Shown here piece by piece: positions 38,491 through 44,930 of a DNA stretch of 44,930 bases (positions within the stretch are counted from its first letter, which is position 1; the number at the start of each line of letters is the position of its first letter). The position numbers were made by a program, and so were the translations under genes. Location of the stretch: the sequence record SRR31156797_4875; one strand, written 5' to 3'. The notes under the pieces are model-generated. The model made no database searches. It saw nothing but the letters and a program-made list of their open reading frames with translations, and was not told the origin of the DNA.

Positions 38491-39195
38491 ATGACAAAAA
38501 CATCCTCAAAGCTCGTAATTGCTATTGATGGCTATTCTTCGTGCGGCAAAAGTACAGTTGCCAAAGATTTAGCGAAACTTTTAAATATTATCTTCATCGA
38601 TTCTGGTGCTATGTACCGCTGCTTAACGCTTTATGCTTTGCAAAACGAAATTATCAAAGGCGGAGCAATCAATCAGGATCTTCTGCAGGAAGCGCTGAAT
38701 CAGATTTCTATATCATTTAAATTTGATGCTGAAACAAAAACGAATGATACATATCTCAATGGAAGATTAGTAGAAAACGACATTCGTAGTCTGGAAGTTA
38801 GCAACCATGTAAGTATGATTAGCGCACTGGGCTTTGTTCGAAAGAAAATGGTTGAATTGCAGCAAAAAATGGGAGAAACAGACAGTATTGTTATGGATGG
38901 TCGTGATATAGGAACTGTAGTTTTCCCTCATGCCGATTTAAAACTTTTTATGACTGCATCTCCGGAAATAAGAGCAGAAAGAAGGTTTAAAGAATATCAG
39001 GCCAAGAATGAAGCTATTACCTTTGATGAGGTATTGGAAAATGTAAAGAAAAGAGATCATATAGATGAAACCCGCGATGAAAGCCCGTTAAAAAAAGCTG
39101 ATGATGCTATCGTTTTAGATAATAGCCATCTAAATAAAGACGAACAACTTCAGTTTATTTTAAATGAATTAAAATCAAGAAACCTATTAAAATAA
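38491..39195 (+). CDS. cmk: Cytidylate kinase
   Basis: IAIDGYSSCGKST, DSGAMYR and MDGRDIGTVVFP. Confidence 0.97.
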   Translation: MTKTSSKLVIAIDGYSSCGKSTVAKDLAKLLNIIFIDSGAMYRCLTLYALQNEIIKGGAINQDLLQEALNQISISFKFDAETKTNDTYLNGRLVENDIRSLEVSNHVSMISALGFVRKKMVELQQKMGETDSIVMDGRDIGTVVFPHADLKLFMTASPEIRAERRFKEYQAKNEAITFDEVLENVKKRDHIDETRDESPLKKADDAIVLDNSHLNKDEQLQFILNELKSRNLLK

Positions 39196-39297
39196 ATTGC
39201 TCCTCCTTGGTTTATTTGTGATTTCGAACACACGGATGTTAAAAAACATTTAAATCACACAGGAATTACAAAACAAGTGAGTAAATAAAATATAAAA

Positions 39298-40179
39298 ATG
39301 TCATCTTTACACATCGAAATTGATCCTTCTTCCGGCTTTTGCTTTGGTGTTGTTAAAGCAGTTGAAGCAGCAGAGTCTGAATTAGAGAAAAATAACATCC
39401 TTTACTGCATTGGCGATATTGTACACAACAATATGGAAATGGAGCGACTGGAAGCTAAAGGATTAAAATCAATTTCGAATGATGATCTAATAAGCTTAGA
39501 TAATAAAAAAATTCTTATACGCGCCCATGGTGAACCACCCACTACCTATGCTAACGCCAGTAGCAAAGCGCATACCATTATTGATGCCACCTGCCCTGTA
39601 GTTTTGAAGCTTCAACAGCGAATTAAAAAATCGTGGGAAGCTCTAAAGGCCATCAATGGTCAGTTGGTAATATATGGTAAAGCCGGACATGCCGAAGTAA
39701 TAGGATTGATGGGACAAACAGATAACAAGGCCATTGTTATAGAGTCGTTAAATGACATTCAAAAAGTTGATTTAAACAAACACACGCATTTATATGCACA
39801 AACTACCAAAGGTATTGATGAGTTTAAGGAGATTACCACCTTCCTAAAAAAACACATCAATAAAAATGTAGAGTTTAAATCATTTGATACCATTTGTAGA
39901 CAAGTAGCAGGCCGGTTACCGAAACTAATGCTTTTTGCCCGAAAGCACGATGTGATTGTATTTGTTGGAGGAAAGAAGAGCAGCAATGCTAAAATGCTTT
40001 TTCAAAAATGTTTGGAATCCAACAATCGTTCATTTTTTGTTAGCGATACCTCCGAAGTAAAAGAAGAATGGTTTAAATCACCTCTTCATTCGGTAGGTAT
40101 TAGCGGAGCAACCTCAACACCTCCATGGCTAATGGAGCAGGTTGCTCAAAAAATTGAAATAATAACAAGTAACAAATAA
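39298..40179 (+). CDS. ispH: 4-hydroxy-3-methylbut-2-enyl diphosphate reductase
   Basis: GFCFGV, IVHN, RAHG, DATCP, GHAEV, QTT, DTIC and SSN. Confidence 0.97.
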   Translation: MSSLHIEIDPSSGFCFGVVKAVEAAESELEKNNILYCIGDIVHNNMEMERLEAKGLKSISNDDLISLDNKKILIRAHGEPPTTYANASSKAHTIIDATCPVVLKLQQRIKKSWEALKAINGQLVIYGKAGHAEVIGLMGQTDNKAIVIESLNDIQKVDLNKHTHLYAQTTKGIDEFKEITTFLKKHINKNVEFKSFDTICRQVAGRLPKLMLFARKHDVIVFVGGKKSSNAKMLFQKCLESNNRSFFVSDTSEVKEEWFKSPLHSVGISGATSTPPWLMEQVAQKIEIITSNK

Positions 40180-40184
40180 ACTGT

Positions 40185-41168
40185 ATGGGACAACTAAAAA
40201 AAATCGGAGTACTTACCTCAGGAGGGGATGCTCCTGGTATGAATGCAGCCATTAGAGCGGTTGTAAGGGCGGCCATCTACCATAAATTAAAAGTGGTAGG
40301 AATAAAACAAGGATATCACGGTATGATTCTGGATAGAATTGAACCCATGACTTCCAGATCGGTAAGTAATATTATTCATCAGGGTGGTACTATCTTAAAA
40401 TCTGCACGAAGCGAAGGTTTTAGAACTCCGGAAGGCAGAAAAAAAGCCTACGAGAACTTAAAAAAACATGCTGTTGATGCGCTTGTCGTAATTGGTGGTG
40501 ATGGTACTTTTACCGGAGCACGAATATTTGGACAAGAGTATAATATTCCAATTGTAGGAGTTCCCGGAACTATTGATAACGATTTATATGGAACCGACTA
40601 TACCATTGGATACGATACAGCTTTAAATACAGTAATGGAAGCTGTTGATAAAATCAGGGATACAGCCAGTGCTCATAGCCGACTTTTCTTTATTGAAGTA
40701 ATGGGTCGCGATGCAGGTTTCCTTGCCTTACGCAGTGGAATTGCATCTGGAGCTGAAGCGATCCTTGTACCTGAAATCGATACAGACTCTAAGCAACTTC
40801 ACCATTTCCTTGAAAAAGGTATGAATAAAGATAAGAGCAGTAGTATAGTATTGGTTGCTGAAGGAGAAAAATTTAACGGTGGAGCTATCCAAATTGCAGA
40901 GAAAGTTTCTAAAGAATATCCTGCCTACGATACACGAGTGACCATCCTAGGACATATTCAGCGTGGAGGAACACCCTCTTCATTCGACAGGGTTACAGCA
41001 AGCCGCATGGGTGTTTCAGCGATTGAAGCTTTATTGGATGACCAAAAAAGTATCATGATCGGATTGGTAAATAAGGACATTACTCACGTTCCATTCAACC
41101 AAGCGCTTAAAAACAAAAAGAAACTTAATCCTGCCTTACTAGGATTAACAGAAATATTATCGATTTAA
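40185..41168 (+). CDS. pfkA: ATP-dependent 6-phosphofructokinase
   Basis: [27 protein letters not shown] and LGHIQRGG. Confidence 0.97.
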   Translation: MGQLKKIGVLTSGGDAPGMNAAIRAVVRAAIYHKLKVVGIKQGYHGMILDRIEPMTSRSVSNIIHQGGTILKSARSEGFRTPEGRKKAYENLKKHAVDALVVIGGDGTFTGARIFGQEYNIPIVGVPGTIDNDLYGTDYTIGYDTALNTVMEAVDKIRDTASAHSRLFFIEVMGRDAGFLALRSGIASGAEAILVPEIDTDSKQLHHFLEKGMNKDKSSSIVLVAEGEKFNGGAIQIAEKVSKEYPAYDTRVTILGHIQRGGTPSSFDRVTASRMGVSAIEALLDDQKSIMIGLVNKDITHVPFNQALKNKKKLNPALLGLTEILSI

Positions 41169-41184
41169 TCGAAATCATCATTAC

Positions 41185-41216
41185 AAAAAAAGCTGCTCGT
41201 TAGAGTGGCTTTTTTT
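41185..41216. terminator. Bidirectional terminator
   Basis: A7-GCTGCTC-gtta-GAGTGGC-T7 between convergent genes. Confidence 0.85.
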
Positions 41217-41232
41217 GTATTAACTTCAATCG

Positions 41233-42489
41233 TCAAACATTATTAATAGCTACCACCGGATCCATTTTACTGGCACTGTTTGACGGAACAAAACCCGAAA
41301 CAACACCTAATACAACCGATATCATTATCCCCCTAAAAATATTCCAAAAAGTAAGTGGTATTGCTAAATCTAATATCGAATTAAAAACTGATACAATTAT
41401 AAAGATGAGAAGCAGACCTGTTGCCCCTCCCATCAAGCTTAAAAAAGTACTCTCGAATAAAAACTGCCACAAAATAAACTTTCTTTTAGCACCTAATGCC
41501 TTTTGAATTCCTATAATCCGCGTTCTTTCCTTCACTGACACAAACATAATATTGGCAATTCCAAATCCACCAACCAAAATGGAAAAACCACCAATTAAAA
41601 TACCTGCTAAATCCAGCAGACCAAACAAGCCATCAAATTGCTTTTGAATAATACTTATACGATTAAGGGCAAAAGTATTTCCCTGACTAGGTTTTATCTT
41701 TCGTTTTGCCCTTAAAACACCTTCCAGTTCATCCATTAAATCCTCCACGGCAATTCCTTCTTTGGCTTTTACAATTATAAAAGGATCATTACGCTCGCTT
41801 CTTACATTAAAAATACCTTTGGCAAAATGCACCGGCATTATGGCTTGTTTATCTAAACTATTTCCAAAAATATCATTCCCTTGTCTTAATATTACACCGA
41901 TAACCGTTAGCTTACGACCGGCAATTTTTACTCTTTTACCTATCGGATCAGTTCCGGGAAATAACTGGTCAGCAATTTCAGCCCCTAATAAAATGACATT
42001 TGAACCTGATTTTGACTCATATGGAGAGAAATATCTTCCTTCGCTAATTTCAAAAGACCAATTCTTATCAAAATGATGAGACACGCATAATATCTGCACA
42101 TTATCAAAGGAGTTATCTTCAAAAACAATTTTTCGCTTAGCACTAATCGCAAAAGTAGATGATTCAGCCAACTGCGATTTTCTTTCTATTTCTTTTAGTT
42201 CCTCAATTGTTGGAATCGGTCTGTTTAAATATCGCCACCAGGGATATTCTGTTTCACCCTCCGGTGGTGTCCAAGGCCATTTTTGCACATACACTACATT
42301 ATCCCCCAACGATTGAATACTATCTCTTAATCGCTTCTCCAGATAATCAATCAGAGTAAACACCGAAATGATAGAGAATATACCAATGGTTACTCCACTC
42401 AGGGTTAATATGGTTCTTAATTTATTCGACCGCAATGCATTTAACGCAAACAGGAAGCTCTCCTTAAGAAACTTATAAACAATAATCAT
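41233..42489 (-). CDS. ABC transporter permease, MacB/FtsX-like
   Basis: NKLRTILTLSGVTIG, large periplasmic loop, GGFGIANIMFVSVKERTRIIGIQKALGA and MDPVVAI. Confidence 0.93.
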   Translation of the reverse strand: MIIVYKFLKESFLFALNALRSNKLRTILTLSGVTIGIFSIISVFTLIDYLEKRLRDSIQSLGDNVVYVQKWPWTPPEGETEYPWWRYLNRPIPTIEELKEIERKSQLAESSTFAISAKRKIVFEDNSFDNVQILCVSHHFDKNWSFEISEGRYFSPYESKSGSNVILLGAEIADQLFPGTDPIGKRVKIAGRKLTVIGVILRQGNDIFGNSLDKQAIMPVHFAKGIFNVRSERNDPFIIVKAKEGIAVEDLMDELEGVLRAKRKIKPSQGNTFALNRISIIQKQFDGLFGLLDLAGILIGGFSILVGGFGIANIMFVSVKERTRIIGIQKALGAKRKFILWQFLFESTFLSLMGGATGLLLIFIIVSVFNSILDLAIPLTFWNIFRGIMISVVLGVVSGFVPSNSASKMDPVVAINNV

Positions 42490-42602
42490 ATCGTATAAGT
42501 ATTAAAGTCATTGTAAAACCTCAGCTCCACACAACATTTTGATAATCTTTATAAATCTATGAAGAATTTCAAATCCCACCTTGATAAATGTGCTTATTTT
42601 CT

Positions 42603-42610
42603 TAATTTTG
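42603..42610 (+). promoter_or_regulatory. Bacteroidota -7 promoter box (TAATTTTG) of purH-mreB
   Basis: TAnnTTTG match that implies a leader of about 120 nt. Confidence 0.55.
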
Positions 42611-42738
42611 CCCAAAGTCAAGAAATTTTCGCATATTTAACTCTTTATCAAGTCTTAAAATTTGCGAAATATTTCAGATATTGATGTACTATTACATCCC
42701 ATTCGCTAAATATTTCATTATTGCATAATAAATAAAAG

Positions 42739-44328
42739 ATGAGTAGCTCAAAAAAGATTAAATCAGCACTTATTTCGGTTTTCCATAAAGATGGATTAGA
42801 TGAGATTATCAAATTACTTGATAAGTTAGATGTTAAAATTTACAGTACAGGAGGAACTAAAACATTTATTGAAGATTTAGGTGTTGAAGTAACTGCAGTT
42901 GAAGACATAACCGGTTACCCTTCAATTTTGGGAGGTAGAGTTAAGACACTTCACCCAAAGGTATTTGGCGGAATATTATCGCGTAGAGATAACGATTCTG
43001 ACAAAGAACAATTGAATGAGTTTGAAATTCCGGAATTTGATCTTGTTGTAGTTGATTTATATCCATTTGAGGCTACAGTTGCATCAGGAGCATCAGAACA
43101 AGATATCATTGAAAAAATTGACATCGGTGGTATTTCTTTAATTCGCGCAGCAGCTAAAAACTTTAAGGATGTGGTTATTGTACCATCACAAGCTCAATAT
43201 GCAGATCTTGAGAAAATTCTTATAGAATATGACGGTGTAACAACTACCGAAGAAAGAAAAGCTTTTGCAGCAGCTGCATTTGGAGTTTCTTCTCATTACG
43301 ATTCTGCTATCTTCAATTATTTCAATCCTGATGTTGAAGATATGGAGCGTATCAGCTTAAACGATGGTGAGGTTTTACGATATGGTGAAAATCCACATCA
43401 AAAAGCAACTGTTTACAAATACAATAACATCAAAGAAGGAGCTGCTTTAGCAAATGCAAAAGTTTTACAAGGAAAGGCTCTTTCATACAACAATATGCTT
43501 GATGCCGATGCTGCCTGGAAAGCTGCCAGTGATGCATTTCATTCTGTAACGCACATCGAAAACAAACAAGCGGTTGCCGTTGTAAAACACCTTAATCCTT
43601 GTGGTTTAGCTGTAACTAACGACATTACAAAATCTTTAGAATTAGCTTGGGCTGGCGATCCAATTAGTGCTTTCGGTGGTATTATTTGCTTTACAAGCAC
43701 TGTTACCGGAGCGATTGCTGAATGGTTTTCTAAAAGATTTGTTGAAATCATCATTGCTCCTGAATTTACACCTGAAGCACTTGAAATCTTTGGAAAGAAA
43801 AAGAATCTTAGAATATTAGAAACACCGATCAAAAACGAAATTACTGGTGAAAAATTAATTCGTTCGGTAAGCGGTGGAATTCTTGTTCAAGATGAAGATG
43901 AAGGTGTTGATTCAGAATTTAAAAATGTAACCAAGCTTGAATTTGATGCCACCAAAATGGAATTGGCCAAATTTGGTATTACAGCTTGTAAACACCTAAA
44001 GAGCAACGCCATTGCCATTGTAACAGAAAACGAAGATGGTTCATTCTGGTTAACCGGAGCAGGTATGGGACAACCTAATCGCCTGGATAGCTTACGCCAG
44101 TTGACTATGCCTCGATTTGATATGAAAGAAGGAGTAAACATTGAAAGTTCAGTGGTTATTTCTGATGCTTTCTTCCCTTTCCGTGATAGTATTGAAGCAG
44201 CCAACGAATATAATGTAAAGTATATTGTTGAGCCAGGTGGAAGTATTCGTGACGAGGAAGTGATTGAAGCATGTAACGAATTTGGAATAGCAATGCTATT
44301 TACAGGAAAACGTCATTTTAAACACTAA
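42739..44328 (+). CDS. purH: Bifunctional AICAR formyltransferase/IMP cyclohydrolase
   Basis: STGGT, GRVKTLHP, IDIGG, RYGENPHQ, SYNN, SDAFFPF and RHFKH. Confidence 0.97.
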   Translation: MSSSKKIKSALISVFHKDGLDEIIKLLDKLDVKIYSTGGTKTFIEDLGVEVTAVEDITGYPSILGGRVKTLHPKVFGGILSRRDNDSDKEQLNEFEIPEFDLVVVDLYPFEATVASGASEQDIIEKIDIGGISLIRAAAKNFKDVVIVPSQAQYADLEKILIEYDGVTTTEERKAFAAAAFGVSSHYDSAIFNYFNPDVEDMERISLNDGEVLRYGENPHQKATVYKYNNIKEGAALANAKVLQGKALSYNNMLDADAAWKAASDAFHSVTHIENKQAVAVVKHLNPCGLAVTNDITKSLELAWAGDPISAFGGIICFTSTVTGAIAEWFSKRFVEIIIAPEFTPEALEIFGKKKNLRILETPIKNEITGEKLIRSVSGGILVQDEDEGVDSEFKNVTKLEFDATKMELAKFGITACKHLKSNAIAIVTENEDGSFWLTGAGMGQPNRLDSLRQLTMPRFDMKEGVNIESSVVISDAFFPFRDSIEAANEYNVKYIVEPGGSIRDEEVIEACNEFGIAMLFTGKRHFKH

Positions 44329-44342
44329 TAAATCCAAACCCA

Positions 44343-44930
44343 ATGGGATTCTTTTCATTTTTATCTCAGGACATTGCCATTGACTTAGGTACGGCCAACA
44401 CAATTATCATTCATAATGATAAGATAGTGGTAGACGAACCTTCAATTGTGGCTTTGGATCGAAGAACCGACAAACTGATGGCTATTGGAGAGAAAGCTCG
44501 TCAGATGCATGGTAAAACACATGACAATATCTATACTATCAGACCTTTGAGAGATGGTGTTATTGCCGACTTTAACGCGGCAGAACAAATGATCAGAGGA
44601 ATGATTAAACTGATAAATACCAACAGTAGATTATTCACTCCTTCCTTAACAATGGTAATTTGTATTCCTTCAGGAAGTACCGAAGTTGAAATAAGGGCTG
44701 TACGTGACTCCTCGGAACATGCCGGAGGACGTGAAGTGTATATGATTTACGAACCTATGGCTGCCGCATTAGGTATTGGACTTGATGTTGAAGCACCACA
44801 AGGAAACATGGTGGTAGATATAGGTGGTGGTACTACTGAGATTGCTGTAATTTCATTGGGTGGAATCGTAACCAATAAATCCATTCGTATTGCCGGTGAT
44901 GATTTGACTGCCGATATTATGGAATATATG
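44343..44930 (+). CDS. mreB: Rod shape-determining protein MreB, 3'-truncated by the window edge
   Basis: Hand translation gives MGFFSFLSQDIAIDLGTANT..DEPSIVA..RPLRDGVIADF..EPMAAALG..VDIGGGTTEIAVISLGG. Open to the window end and absent from the ORF track. Confidence 0.97.
   Translation, partial: MGFFSFLSQDIAIDLGTANTIIIHNDKIVVDEPSIVALDRRTDKLMAIGEKARQMHGKTHDNIYTIRPLRDGVIADFNAAEQMIRGMIKLINTNSRLFTPSLTMVICIPSGSTEVEIRAVRDSSEHAGGREVYMIYEPMAAALGIGLDVEAPQGNMVVDIGGGTTEIAVISLGGIVTNKSIRIAGDDLTADIMEYM

Noticed and set aside
42617-42738. ZTP (pfl) or purine riboswitch upstream of purH
   Set aside because: The conserved GACUGGCG...CGCCUGGGC-type elements and a purine-aptamer core are not visible.
480-44204. 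Numerous short ORFs nested in or antisense to long genes (e.g. 480-716, 1195-1482, 2769-3089, 6508-6843, 17939-18247, 41762-42076, 43887-44204)
   Set aside because: Shadow frames of well-supported genes with no independent motifs.

Overview
AT-rich chromosomal window from a Bacteroidota bacterium. The evidence is TAnnTTTG -7 promoter boxes, porQ, a T9SS cargo protein and the porQ-cmk-ispH order; a Marinilabiliales-like marine lineage is my inference. It holds about 32 CDS. The left and middle parts are accessory or regulatory: a 5'-truncated PPDK-like protein, an orphan FixL-like PAS kinase, a short GldK-like FGE-fold protein, DUF6261, MATE and DMT transporters, a T9SS-sorted Ig-like protein, SPFH, DUF4097, GT4-Wzi-NDP-sugar dehydrogenase, a porin plus FMN-binding protein, a small winged-helix protein, a YugP-like peptidase, and two beta-propeller sensor kinases flanking an SGNH/MBOAT O-acetylation pair. 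The right part is housekeeping: priA, porQ, cmk, ispH, pfkA, an ABC permease, purH and a 3'-truncated mreB missing from the ORF track. I saw no rRNA, tRNA, CRISPR array, transposase, integrase or reverse transcriptase. The most unusual signals are: (1) a non-coding degenerate 41-bp tandem array of about 5.7 copies with an internal dyad (3474-3706); (2) a beta-propeller/GAF sensor kinase lacking the phosphoacceptor His; (3) two back-to-back 11-bp-period arrays around an AT-rich core (35671-35774); (4) a 40-codon uORF and palindrome/ECF-like promoter ahead of the MATE gene, with a switch-like structured RNA after it; (5) several ECF-type and one sigma54-type promoter matches. All family assignments come from motif recognition by eye; no database searches were run.
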